A DNA stretch of 64,000 nt from contig RQSC01000027.1 in NCBI GenBank assembly GCA_013416795.1, positions 267,344-331,343 of the forward strand, in the 5' to 3' direction. Position numbers and translations under genes: made by a program. Below the pieces are notes generated by a model. That model had not been told where the DNA came from. It saw nothing but the letters and a program-made list of their open reading frames with translations, and made no database searches. This document shows positions 1 to 9,711 of this stretch, in pieces. Every line of letters starts with the position of its first letter. Positions within the stretch are counted from its first letter, which is position 1. Origin of the DNA: Prasinococcaceae sp. CCMP 1430. Its lineage: Eukaryota > Plantae > Prasinodermophyta.

Positions 1-2916
1 CGGCATCCTGCCTGGAATGGTGGAGTTGAGCTGGCTCACGCCGATCTCGCCGTGCTGTACCATGGCGAGCGTGCGCGGGATTGGCGTGGCGGTCATATTG
101 ATCATGTGCGGGTGCGGGTAGTTCTTGCGCCGCAGCCTGGTTCTGTCACGCACACCGAACTTCTGCTGCTCGTCGATGACGGCCACCGCCAGGCTCTTGA
201 ACACGACTTGGTTGGCCTTGCCGTATACAAGAGCGTGCGTGCCGATGAGAACGTCCACCTCGCCCGAGCGCAGGTCGGCCAAGATGCTCTCCCGTTCGCG
301 CTGCTTGGTTGACGAGCTCAGCAGCTCCACCCGCGGCCGGGGCTGCCCCGGCGGCAGCGCATCCGCGAAGCTCGTGAATGCGTCAAAGAGCTGCCGCGCG
401 AGCACGCCCGTAGGCGCCATCAGCGCGCCCTGGTGGCCAGCGCCGAACGCTGCCATGAGTACCAGGTATGCGATGACCGTCTTGCCGCTGCCGACGTCGC
501 CCTGGATGAGCCTGTTCATCGGCTCATCTTTCTGCATGTCGCCGAGCACCTCCTCGTACACCTCACGCTGCCCCTCCGTGAGCTTGAAGGGCAGCGCGCT
601 CAGCGCGGACGCGAGCGTGGAGGACGGCTTTATGGGCGTCGCATGCGCGCCCGAGTCGCTCAGCCCTCGCTCGGCGAGGGCCTCGAGTCGCGTGTGCTCG
701 CGCACCAAGCTCAACCCGACCAGACCCTCGAACTTGAGGCGACCGTGCGCCTTGTCGAGGTCCGCGGCCGTCTGCGGGCGATGCATGAGCTTGAACGCGT
801 CGCGCTGCGACACTGGGTACATCCGCGCAGGCAACGGATCGGCACCCTCGGGGAAGCGCTCCATCAGCACCAGCACATCCCCGATGTGGTCTCCGATCTT
901 GTCGCCCTTGAGTGGCGTGCGATCGCTGTGCACGGGCAAGAAGAGGGGGCCCTCGCCGAACGCGCCGTAGTGTTTCACGTGATTGTAGGAGGTCGCCACG
1001 CCGCCCCTATTGACCTTGCCGCGCAGCGAAACGGCGGCGCCCGTGCTGTACGTCTGGCTGAGCTTGCGCAGCAGGTAGTAGTTGCTGAAGAGTGTCACGC
1101 GCACAGATCGTGGGGGTGCGACTCCGTCTCCTGCCTCAACCTGCACATCAAAGGTCGCCCTTGTCACGCCGCGATTGCCTTGGCTGATCTTGAAGTCGGC
1201 GGCCACTCGGCCGTTGACGATCACCTCGTCGCCGTCAACGTGTCGGTCGTGCAGAGGCTCGACGTCAATGTACTCGCGCGGCACGTGCCACAGCAGGTCG
1301 TGCATGGTGTGAAAGCCCGCCTTCTGCATGCTCCTGAGCGGCACATTGGGCAGCTCGCCCTTCATCTCGGACAGCGGGGTGTACACCGTCACGCGGCGAG
1401 TTAGGCGCGCCAAGGTTTTGCGCGTCTCGTCTATCGCCTGCTGCTCCGTCTTCTTGGGTAGGGGCGGTGCTGGTTCCAATGCGATCGAGGGCTCCCGGTC
1501 GCCCGGCCAGCCGTGCCGTCCGAGTTGGAGGAGGCTGTCGGCGCTCAGCGCGTAGTCATCCATCACCGCCTCAAGAACCAGCTGCAGGTGGCTGCAGTCG
1601 GACAGAGCGCGGTGCTCCTGCTCGTCGTCGATGCCGTAGTGCTCCATGAGCACCTCCAGCTTGCCCCTGTCGAGCACGGGCCTGCCCGCCTTGCTGCGCC
1701 TCGTTCCGTCCATGGCGGTCTTCTTTACCACGGTGAGCGTGTCACAGAGGAGCCAGTTGTCGGGACGCTCCAGCCCGCACTCGGGAAACCAGTGGGACAG
1801 CCACCTCGCGTCGAATCGACTGCCATTGTGCGCCATCATGACGGGGCGCGCGCGCGCGCCGTGTGACTCCACCGCCGCCTCGATGAAGCTGCTGAAGGCC
1901 TGCAGCGCATGGCGCAGCTCGACGCCCTCCGTAAGCAACATTTGCGGCGTAATGCCGGTGAGCTTCACGATGTTTTCCTGGAGGTCCACGTGCGCGTCGC
2001 CTGGGTGCACGAGGCGCGAGAAACGCGCGCCTGTGGCCACGTCGATCGCGGCGATTTCGATGATGCGATCGCACCTCTCGCTGAAACCGGTGGTCTCCAG
2101 GTCGAACAAGATCATTGGGTGCGACGCGCCGCTCCACGCGCTGGGCGAAATCTCCTCGGACTGAGGGGCGGACGCCTCTGCGCCAGAGAGCGCGCGCTCC
2201 GCGTCCGCGATGAGCCGATCCATCGTCGAAGCGCCGGATGATGTGGGCGCGGGCGCGGGCGAGGGCGCCGAAGGAGGCGTCGGCGGGCGCTGGTTGAGGT
2301 TCTGGGCCACCGCGACGACCAGCCCCTGCGACGTCGGCCTGTTCTTGGCGCTCTGGAACATATCCGCCACGCCATAGAATTCCACCACGCGCCTGACCAT
2401 GTCGGAGCGCTCGGGGACGGGCAGATGGTCGTAGCACAGCGCATCGCACAGCAGCGCCTCCGCCTCGTTGTGGCGCGAGGCGAAGCGCTCCGACTGCAGC
2501 GCACCTTGCAGCGCCTGCACTACAAATGTGCGGAAGTCGCCGCGCTTGCCCTGCGCGTTCGGGTACGACCGGCGTGCCTCATAGCTGCACGCCTTCGCGA
2601 TCCTTTCGGCCTGACTGCTCTGCGACGCACCGTACGACGCGCGCGCCATCGCCGCCGCGCGCCGCGCGCCACGCGCTCGCGCGGGCGTAGCGCAGCCCGC
2701 GTCACGCGCCCCGCCGCGCGCGACTGCGGGGTTCCCTACCGACCCACCCGCACCACCAACCACCACCTCTCCCCCGCTCGTCGCCACCCCCCCAACGCCC
2801 CCTCCGCCAGCAGCCCGCGGCCGCGCATGCATGTGGCGGCGGCGGCGGGGGGGGCCAGCCAGCGGCGCGCGCGCGCGAGAGCGCGCACGCACATTTCGAG
2901 TGGAGCGCATTCGCAT
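1..2916 (-). CDS. RECG: Organellar RecG DNA helicase with inserted DEDDh 3'-5' exonuclease domain (3'-partial, runs off the window)
   Basis: One minus-strand frame, absent from the ORF track because there is no stop before position 1. It has an Arg/Ala-rich transit-like start (MRMRSTRNVRAR; in-frame stop just upstream at 2917-2919) and the RecG motifs DLLWHVPREY, MNRLIQGDVGSGKT, IGTHAL, VIDEQQKFGV and MTATPIPRTLA. Exonuclease motifs FDLETTG, AHNGSRFD and HRALSD lie at about 1570-2120. Confidence 0.92.
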   Translation of the reverse strand, partial: MRMRSTRNVRARSRARAPLAGPPRRRRHMHARPRAAGGGGVGGVATSGGEVVVGGAGGSVGNPAVARGGARDAGCATPARARGARRAAAMARASYGASQSSQAERIAKACSYEARRSYPNAQGKRGDFRTFVVQALQGALQSERFASRHNEAEALLCDALCYDHLPVPERSDMVRRVVEFYGVADMFQSAKNRPTSQGLVVAVAQNLNQRPPTPPSAPSPAPAPTSSGASTMDRLIADAERALSGAEASAPQSEEISPSAWSGASHPMILFDLETTGFSERCDRIIEIAAIDVATGARFSRLVHPGDAHVDLQENIVKLTGITPQMLLTEGVELRHALQAFSSFIEAAVESHGARARPVMMAHNGSRFDARWLSHWFPECGLERPDNWLLCDTLTVVKKTAMDGTRRSKAGRPVLDRGKLEVLMEHYGIDDEQEHRALSDCSHLQLVLEAVMDDYALSADSLLQLGRHGWPGDREPSIALEPAPPLPKKTEQQAIDETRKTLARLTRRVTVYTPLSEMKGELPNVPLRSMQKAGFHTMHDLLWHVPREYIDVEPLHDRHVDGDEVIVNGRVAADFKISQGNRGVTRATFDVQVEAGDGVAPPRSVRVTLFSNYYLLRKLSQTYSTGAAVSLRGKVNRGGVATSYNHVKHYGAFGEGPLFLPVHSDRTPLKGDKIGDHIGDVLVLMERFPEGADPLPARMYPVSQRDAFKLMHRPQTAADLDKAHGRLKFEGLVGLSLVREHTRLEALAERGLSDSGAHATPIKPSSTLASALSALPFKLTEGQREVYEEVLGDMQKDEPMNRLIQGDVGSGKTVIAYLVLMAAFGAGHQGALMAPTGVLARQLFDAFTSFADALPPGQPRPRVELLSSSTKQRERESILADLRSGEVDVLIGTHALVYGKANQVVFKSLAVAVIDEQQKFGVRDRTRLRRKNYPHPHMINMTATPIPRTLAMVQHGEIGVSQLNSTIPGRMP

Positions 2917-3468
2917 TCAAACGAACGCGTCCTCGCCGCGCGCCGCGCGCCCCCTGACGGACTGACTGGGGAGAGTGCACTCGCGGCACGGGTCGCGTGC
3001 CTCGGTCGGTCGACGTCCTCCCCTTCTCACGCCCGGCCAGACAGTCTTGTCGGTCGGTCGGTCGGGCAGTGGGCGTCCCGCCGGACCCTTCGATGGATCG
3101 ATGGATCCATCCATCGATCGATCGTGCCGCCCACTCGTCAGCAGCATCCACGCGCTTACGCCGTCCTTTTCTGGGTTCGCGCCGCGTTCGTCAATCGGTC
3201 GGCGCGGGTCCACGCTGTCGGCGGGGTCGCTCTGTCAAGTGCTGTTGAGTGCGCGGCGCCGCACCCCCGGGCCACTGCGCGCCCGCGTGCGGCGCAGGGG
3301 GGAGGGGGAGCGGGGGGGGCGCTCGCTCAGACGGCGCGGAAGAGCAGGTGGGTGAGGGAGGCAGGCGCTGCTGCGCGACTGGCACGCGCGCCGCCGCGGT
3401 GCGCTTTTGCGGCGACGGTGGTGGCAGCAGTGGAGCCCAGCCGCGTGGCGCAGGCGGCGCGCTGCGCG

Positions 3469-5628
3469 ATGGCATCCGGGGGCAGGCCGCCAGCAGGAGG
3501 TGCGGGAACGCCGCCGCAAGGAGGCGACGGCGCGGCGGCCGGCGATGCGACGGCCTCGCCGATGTCGCCCGTCGATCTCGAGAACGCGCTGAGCGTCGCG
3601 CGTGCCGACACCGCCAAGGCGCGCTCCAAGCTTACGAGCGCCATCCGCAAGGGCAAGTCGATCGAGAAAGAGCGCGACGAGCTGCGCACGCAGCTGGCGA
3701 GCGCGCGCGAGGCGCTCGAGGACACCGAGGCGAGGCTGGCCACGGCAGAGGCAGAGGTAACCGCGGGTGGGCCCTCCATCACCGCGGCGGCGCTTGAGGA
3801 TCTGAGGGAGCAGGTCGCCGCGCTGCAAGCCAGCAGGGAGGCGGCCAGCGCCGCGCTCGCCAACGAGACCGCGGCGCGAGCGAGCAGCGAGGAGGCGCTC
3901 GCAGCTAAGACGGACAAGCTCAAGGCAGCCGTGCGCAAGGGCAAGGAGATGGAGCGCGAGCGCAATCTGCTGCGTGAGCAGCTGGAGGCGATAAGCGCCG
4001 CCGCTGCTGAGGGCACCGAGGAGGGCGACGGCGGCGGCGACGGCGACGGCGCCGCGGCGGCAGCCGCGGTCGCCAATGCGGCCGCGCTCGCGAGCGCGAA
4101 GGAGGACGCTCGCAAGCTCCATGCGGAGCTGGAGGCCGCGCGGTCCAAGGCCGCCGAGCAGGCAGCAGCCGCAGCGGCGGCCGCCGAGGCAGAGCGCGAG
4201 GCGCTGAACGAGCAGCTCGCGGATCTCAAGCGCCAAGCGGCGAAGGCTGCGCTCGCTCAGGCATCCCAGGCGGTGGACGACAAGAGCGAGGTGAAGGGCC
4301 TGCTTGAGCGCGCGGAGGATGCAGAGGCGGCACTGGCGGACGCCCGCGCGGAGAACGCGAAGCAGGAGGAGGAGCACGCCGCGGAGCTTTCTAAGGCGTC
4401 CAAGGAGGCCTCGCTGGCCGCAGAGGAGCAAGCCCGCGCGGAAGCTGACGCACGCGCCGCGCGCGCCGAGGTCGAGGCCGTCGAGTGGAAGCTGAAGGCC
4501 GCCGAGGCCGAGGCGCGCTCGGCCGCGGCCGCGCGCCAGCAGGTGGAGGAGGTGACGCATCTGCTGGAGGAAGCGAGGCGCGAGCGCGCCGAGCTGGAGG
4601 CTGCCGCCATGATCGGCGAGTCGCTCGCCGCCGACGCGAGCGAGGCGGGCAGCGAGGCGGCGCAGCGCAGCGAGCGCATGCTGCGCGACGCGCGCGAACA
4701 GCTGCAGGCGGCGCAGATGGACGCGGACACGCGGGCGGCGCAGCTCGAGCAGGCGACCGCTGCGGCCGCGCGCGCCCACGCCGAGGCCGTCGCTGCGAAG
4801 GAAGAGGGCGGGGCCGCGCATGCTGATGCGCGCGCGGCGCGTGCACAGCTTGCAGTGGTCGAGGAGCAGTCAGAGCGCGACATCGCGGCCGCCGACCGCC
4901 GAGCGGGCGAGGCCGAGGCGCAACGGCGCCTGACGGAGGAACGCGTTGAGGCGCAGGCTGCGCAGTTGTCGGCACTCAACGAGGAGCTCGCGTCGACGCG
5001 CGCCGAGCTCACCGCCGCACACTCGGCCGCGCGGGCTTCCGCCGCGGCAGAGATAGCTGAGGTGAACGCCGAGGCCGAGGAGATGCGCGCTCGGCTGCGT
5101 GCGGCCGAGGAGCGTCTCGCGGCCTCCTCTGAGCGAGTGTCGCGTGGCGAGGCGCGCCTTGCCGAGGAGATGGCGGCGAGGGAAGCCGCCGAAGAGGCTG
5201 CGCAGTTGGCCAAGAGAGGCGGTGGTGGCGGCGGTCTGGAACGCATGGAGGCGCTTCTCGAGGGCGGAGGCTCTGGCACGGACGCCACTACTATGGCCCT
5301 GCGCGCTGAGGTGCGGTCGCAGCGCGCGCGGATGGCGCAGCTCGAAGGTGAGAATCGAACGCTGCAGCTCCGAGTTTCGAGCGGGGGCGTTGGTGCCGCA
5401 GGCATGAAAGCGGGCGGTGGCTTTCGTGGCCTCGTGGGCGGCGAGAAGGGGCGTGGCATCTGGCGTCCGCGCGTGTGGCTCGTGTGCTATTTGGTCCTCC
5501 TACACGTGTGGCTCATGTACCACATCAGGAGGAGCTCACACGGCGTGTGGTCGGAGACAAGCCTCTTATCGGCAGGAGACGCGCACTCGTTGCCGGGATG
5601 GGAAGGTCATGAAGCCAAGCTCCCCTAA
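3469..5628 (+). CDS. Tail-anchored coiled-coil golgin, TNO1-like
   Basis: Long heptad-rich Ala/Glu coiled coil with repeated KLxxAxRKGKxxExER motifs and a C-terminal TM helix RVWLVCYLVLLHVWLM carrying the YxxxLH golgin signature. Start placed at MASGG (3469), inside the longer ORF 2425-5628. Confidence 0.65.
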   Translation: MASGGRPPAGGAGTPPQGGDGAAAGDATASPMSPVDLENALSVARADTAKARSKLTSAIRKGKSIEKERDELRTQLASAREALEDTEARLATAEAEVTAGGPSITAAALEDLREQVAALQASREAASAALANETAARASSEEALAAKTDKLKAAVRKGKEMERERNLLREQLEAISAAAAEGTEEGDGGGDGDGAAAAAAVANAAALASAKEDARKLHAELEAARSKAAEQAAAAAAAAEAEREALNEQLADLKRQAAKAALAQASQAVDDKSEVKGLLERAEDAEAALADARAENAKQEEEHAAELSKASKEASLAAEEQARAEADARAARAEVEAVEWKLKAAEAEARSAAAARQQVEEVTHLLEEARRERAELEAAAMIGESLAADASEAGSEAAQRSERMLRDAREQLQAAQMDADTRAAQLEQATAAAARAHAEAVAAKEEGGAAHADARAARAQLAVVEEQSERDIAAADRRAGEAEAQRRLTEERVEAQAAQLSALNEELASTRAELTAAHSAARASAAAEIAEVNAEAEEMRARLRAAEERLAASSERVSRGEARLAEEMAAREAAEEAAQLAKRGGGGGGLERMEALLEGGGSGTDATTMALRAEVRSQRARMAQLEGENRTLQLRVSSGGVGAAGMKAGGGFRGLVGGEKGRGIWRPRVWLVCYLVLLHVWLMYHIRRSSHGVWSETSLLSAGDAHSLPGWEGHEAKLP

Positions 5629-5736
5629 TAAATAAATGGAGGTTTCTGTTGGGGATTGCTGTACAATAGTAGCTGCTCTACTACAACTCTAGCTAGTTAG
5701 TCACTAGTCAGCGCGCCACGGCCCGCAGGCGATCCT

Positions 5737-6750
5737 TCAGCGACCGAGGCGAGAAACGAGCAACAGGCATGCGTACAACAGCACTACCGCTGCGGAGGGG
5801 CTTAGCCCACTGCGCGCAAAGAGGGTTCGCAGAGCTATCACCGCACGTTCGCCGTACCCCACCTGCTGTGCCCCTTCGCTCGACAACGCTGCCCGATGCG
5901 CGCTCTCAGCTTTGCGAGTGCCCCCGCCAGAACCCGTATCAAAGAGAAGAACATGCGTCACTCTGCAGAGATCAGCATTAGAGACGACGTGGTACCCGTT
6001 CTCCACACGGTCGGCGCCATCCTGGACGAGCTCCACGACGAGCACAGGCGCTGCGCGGCGTGGAAGCGTGGCCGCCGCCGACCAGCCATCCACGGCTGCG
6101 GGCGTCGCGAATGAGAGGGCAGTCGTCAGGTGCTCCGCCAGATAGATGCCATCGCCGAATACCGACCCATTGCGCTCGAGGGTCTCGCGGCCGCTCGCGC
6201 TAATGAGGCCACCGCAGCGGAATATGGAGTGCAGACGCTCTGCCGCTGTGCCATGGTAGAGACGTCGCGTTCCGTTGCGCACCGCAGCAGCTGCGAACGC
6301 GCTCGAGCGCGCTGACCGCCCGCCCGCGTCGAGATCGACGCACATCACGGCGCACGGCCAGGTGCCGTCGACGCCACCTCCAGCGGCCGCACACTGCCGC
6401 CGCAGCCAATCCGGCAGCGCAGATGGCTCCGTCTCCATGTGGCACGCGCGCATCCTTGCCGCGCCAGTGTGTATGAACTCTGCGAGCGCCTCCCTGGCGT
6501 TGCCTGCAGCGCTGCCGACGCAGACATCTCTCCACTTCTCCGCACGTGGCAGCGCGTCGAGCTCTATGCATGCTGCTGCGAACCTATCCGCCATGCCACC
6601 TAGCGCGCGCGGGAAGGGCGCGCAACAACTCGCCCGCCGCGGGCCTCGCGCCGCCCACGCAAAGGCGTGCGCGCACAGCTCCACCTCTGCCGCTGCCGCG
6701 GAGCACCCGTTGCCGCGCCCCCCTGGCGGTGCCGGCGGGCGCGCAGCCAT
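5737..6750 (-). CDS. PARP16/ARTD15-like mono-ADP-ribosyltransferase with C-terminal membrane anchor
   Basis: N-terminal ELCAHAFAWAARGPRRASCCAPFP resembles the PARP16 helical domain. Catalytic motifs are LYHGT...LHSI, FGDGIYLA and GYHVVSN (H-Y-Y triad), followed by a hydrophobic C-terminal tail AAVVLLYACLLLV. Confidence 0.8.
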   Translation of the reverse strand: MAARPPAPPGGRGNGCSAAAAEVELCAHAFAWAARGPRRASCCAPFPRALGGMADRFAAACIELDALPRAEKWRDVCVGSAAGNAREALAEFIHTGAARMRACHMETEPSALPDWLRRQCAAAGGGVDGTWPCAVMCVDLDAGGRSARSSAFAAAAVRNGTRRLYHGTAAERLHSIFRCGGLISASGRETLERNGSVFGDGIYLAEHLTTALSFATPAAVDGWSAAATLPRRAAPVLVVELVQDGADRVENGYHVVSNADLCRVTHVLLFDTGSGGGTRKAESAHRAALSSEGAQQVGYGERAVIALRTLFARSGLSPSAAVVLLYACLLLVSRLGR

Positions 6751-7171
6751 TGGCCCGGCGCCACTCGCGGGCGCTGCCGGCCGTCGCCGAGCTCGGAAGG
6801 CAGCCCCGCGCCGCCTCAGCGCGAGGCAGGACGCAGGCGCGGGTGCGCCGCCGAGCGCGCTCTGGCGCCAACACCCACTGCCCCTCACCCCCCACCCCCA
6901 CCCCCATGCCACCACGCCTCCCCTTGGTCCCAGCCGGTGATGCAGCGCTGCGTGCAGCAGGCACAGGGGCATTCGCAAGTGTTTTGACCTCACGTCATGC
7001 GGAGTGAAGTGACAGAAGTGTTCCGAGGCCAAAACATTTGCGCGGCGCTAACTCGGACAGCGCCAGCGCTGTCAACACTTTGCGCCGGCCGCCTGCCCGC
7101 GGCTCCCGCGCGGTGCCATACGTGCGCGCCCAGGTGCAGCCGGGCGGCGCCCGCCCTCCGACGGGGCGGGC

Positions 7172-9340
7172 ATGCCAGCGACCATGGGGCGGCATCGTTG
7201 TCGCGGTGCACTCGTCGTCGCGTCACTGTCGACGATGATGTTATTCGCGGCGGATCCCGTCGCACTGAGGGGTGCCGCGGCGGCCACGGGTGCTGTAGGC
7301 GCGGCCGGTGCGGGGGGCGACGACGCGCTGGCTGGTGTGCACTCGTATCCGCTCCTGCTCAACGCCCACGGCTGCAGTTCGAGCTCCTTTGCCCAGGCGA
7401 CAATGCGGCGGCTCCTGGCACTGCACGGGCGCACCTGGCACAAGTCACCATGGGTTGACGACGAGGCGTTCCGTGCAGCGAAGAACCACTGGGTCCAAGA
7501 GGAGGCGCGGCACTTGCCAATGGCAGACGCGTACCGGACTGGCATGACGCGCATGCTCGACGAGACGAGGTCGTCGGGGCTGTGGGTGATCACCAAACTT
7601 ACCGACTCACAGTGCTGGCAGTGCGACAAGGCCGGGGCCTACAAGGACGTGGTACGAAAGTTCGTCGAGCGAGGCGCGAAGGTGGTATCAGTCTGGCGCT
7701 CTAACATCTTGGACTACGAAGCGTGCAAAAGACACGACTGTTTCACGGACCAGGGGAGTTTGCGCTGGAAGGACAATGGCACCGACGCCACGAAGGCGGT
7801 GTGCGGCAAGGCGAGCGATTGGGTGCTGCGGTCATATAGCAGCAAGAACGGGAGCGCCCCCTCTTTTAGCGACAAGAGGCACGCACGCCGCCAGCTCACG
7901 GTCGTGGGCTTGAATCCCAAGACAGTCGCGGCGACGCTTGCAAGGGGCCTCGGCCTAGGTCAATACCAGGCTCGCGCGCTCCGTGCGCTCGGCTTCAAGA
8001 ACTTCGAGACGATCGCTGTGGAGTCGCTGGCAGCCTTTGAGGATAGCTGCGAGGAGCTGGAACATAGCGTCGCGGCGTGGATCAAGCTGCTACAGTCGCT
8101 GGGAGTTGATCCCGTCAACGCAACGGCAGTGCGCGAGGACCTAAGACCTCAGTGCGGTACGCGGCCGCTTAAGCCACACAGCAGCGTGCTATACGACTAC
8201 GAGAGAGTCGCGGCGGCCATACGTGCGTCTCCCAACCCGCAGGTCAGGGCCATGCTGCGCGAGCCCGCGCCGGCGCCAGCGCAGGCGCGAAACGATGCGG
8301 AGGTCGACGCACCTATCGTCGTTGGCAGTGGACAAAGCACTGGCACAGCAGGAGTGGCTGCGGGGGGCAACGACGTGCCTGCAGGAGTTGGCCCGCACCC
8401 CCTTCTAATCAGCGCCACCGGATGCAGCTCGAGCACGTGGACGGAGGCCATCACCCGGAGATTGGTGGCCGCGCATGGCCGCAAGCCAGCCTTTGTACCT
8501 AAGGAGGCATTCAAGACCGAGCAGAATCGCTGGGTGCGGGAGGAGGCGGCCAAACTGCCGCTGCCGGAGGCTTATCGTGCAGGCATGAAGCGCATGCTGG
8601 ACGAGGAGGGTCGGGCAGGACGATCAATAGTTACGAAGCTCACGCCGTGCTGCACCACATCCAACTGCAACAAGGCGTGCAACAGTAATCGGGCCTACGA
8701 GCGCGTTGTACGCGACTTCGTCCGTCGTGGATCTCGTGTGGTGAGCGTGTGGCGATCAAACATCCTTGACTTTGAAATTTGCAAAGTGCACGACTGTTTT
8801 CAGCAGTGCAAGGGGTGCCTCCGCTGGAAGGGCAATGGGACCGACGCGACTCACGCCGTCTGTGATGACAAGGCCAGCTACTGGGCTCTCAAATCGTACA
8901 GTAGCGATGGGGTGAGCAAGCCAACCTTCATGGATAAGCGACGTGCTCGCCGCGAGCTCACCACTGTCAGCCTCAAGCGCGACCCCAAAAAAATCGCGAC
9001 GATGCTGGCGAAGGGCTTGCAACGAGGTCGGGAGCAGGCTCGCATGCTCCACTGGCTCGGCTTTAAGAACTTCGAGACAATCGCTGTTGAGGACCTCGCG
9101 GCGTTCGAGCACAGCTGTGACAAGATCGAGCACAGCGTCGCAGCCTGGGCCAGGCTCCTCAGGTCGCTCGGAATAGAGCCCGTCAACAAGACAGCAGTGC
9201 GCGAGAACCTCATGGCTCATGATGGCTGCGGCGAGAGGCCGCTGGAGAAGCATTCGAGCTTGCTGTACGACTACGAGAGGGTCGCTGCGGCCGTACGCGC
9301 GTCGCCCAACGCGCAGGTCAGGGCCATGCTGCGCGACTGA
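7172..9340 (+). CDS. Membrane/secreted protein with two tandem ~310-aa sulfotransferase-like domains
   Basis: N-terminal hydrophobic segment and a clear internal duplication (PLLLNAHGCSSS / PLLISATGCSSS; SVWRSNILD twice; FKNFETIAVE twice; LYDYERVAAA twice). The P-loop-like and WRxNxLD motifs suggest a PAPS sulfotransferase fold, but this is a weak call. Confidence 0.55.
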   Translation: MPATMGRHRCRGALVVASLSTMMLFAADPVALRGAAAATGAVGAAGAGGDDALAGVHSYPLLLNAHGCSSSSFAQATMRRLLALHGRTWHKSPWVDDEAFRAAKNHWVQEEARHLPMADAYRTGMTRMLDETRSSGLWVITKLTDSQCWQCDKAGAYKDVVRKFVERGAKVVSVWRSNILDYEACKRHDCFTDQGSLRWKDNGTDATKAVCGKASDWVLRSYSSKNGSAPSFSDKRHARRQLTVVGLNPKTVAATLARGLGLGQYQARALRALGFKNFETIAVESLAAFEDSCEELEHSVAAWIKLLQSLGVDPVNATAVREDLRPQCGTRPLKPHSSVLYDYERVAAAIRASPNPQVRAMLREPAPAPAQARNDAEVDAPIVVGSGQSTGTAGVAAGGNDVPAGVGPHPLLISATGCSSSTWTEAITRRLVAAHGRKPAFVPKEAFKTEQNRWVREEAAKLPLPEAYRAGMKRMLDEEGRAGRSIVTKLTPCCTTSNCNKACNSNRAYERVVRDFVRRGSRVVSVWRSNILDFEICKVHDCFQQCKGCLRWKGNGTDATHAVCDDKASYWALKSYSSDGVSKPTFMDKRRARRELTTVSLKRDPKKIATMLAKGLQRGREQARMLHWLGFKNFETIAVEDLAAFEHSCDKIEHSVAAWARLLRSLGIEPVNKTAVRENLMAHDGCGERPLEKHSSLLYDYERVAAAVRASPNAQVRAMLRD

Positions 9341-9711
9341 GCTGCCACCGGGCGGAGTGGTGCTGGTCTGCGTACAGGACAGTGTGCAGCATGGGCGCCC
9401 ACTCACTTCAATAGGGTCGCCCCGCGCGGGCGGTGAGAGCGCCTTTTCGTGGCTTCGAACCCCGCGTATGAACCCTGTTGTGAAACAAAAAAGCTCCACC
9501 GAAACCTCCCGCGGACACGCATGCATTCTCGGCTGGCAGCTGCCGAGTGTCCGCACGCATACGAAATTTCGGGCGCGCGCGCGCGCGACGCTCGTCCCGC
9601 CACAAGGGGCGCTCGCCCCCCCCCCCCCCCCCCCCCCCCTCGCAAGGCGAGGGCGGGGACGGGCGCGCTCTAGGAGGTTGTTCACACGCCCGCGGCCGAG
9701 GATACTGGGAC

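Noticed and set aside
433-1404. Plus-strand 323-aa ORF and similar long antisense ORFs (3235-4821, 11370-13223, 25404-27377, 43858-45708, 57103-58938, 61508-63295)
   Set aside because: They are shadow ORFs opposite genes with recognisable motifs. High GC and codon bias suppress antisense stops, and they contain no family motifs.
2425-3468. N-terminal 348 aa of the 1067-aa ORF
   Set aside because: It overlaps the RecG 5' end and the promoter repeats, is Arg-rich noise, and starts at a non-ATG codon. The coiled-coil protein plausibly starts at 3469.
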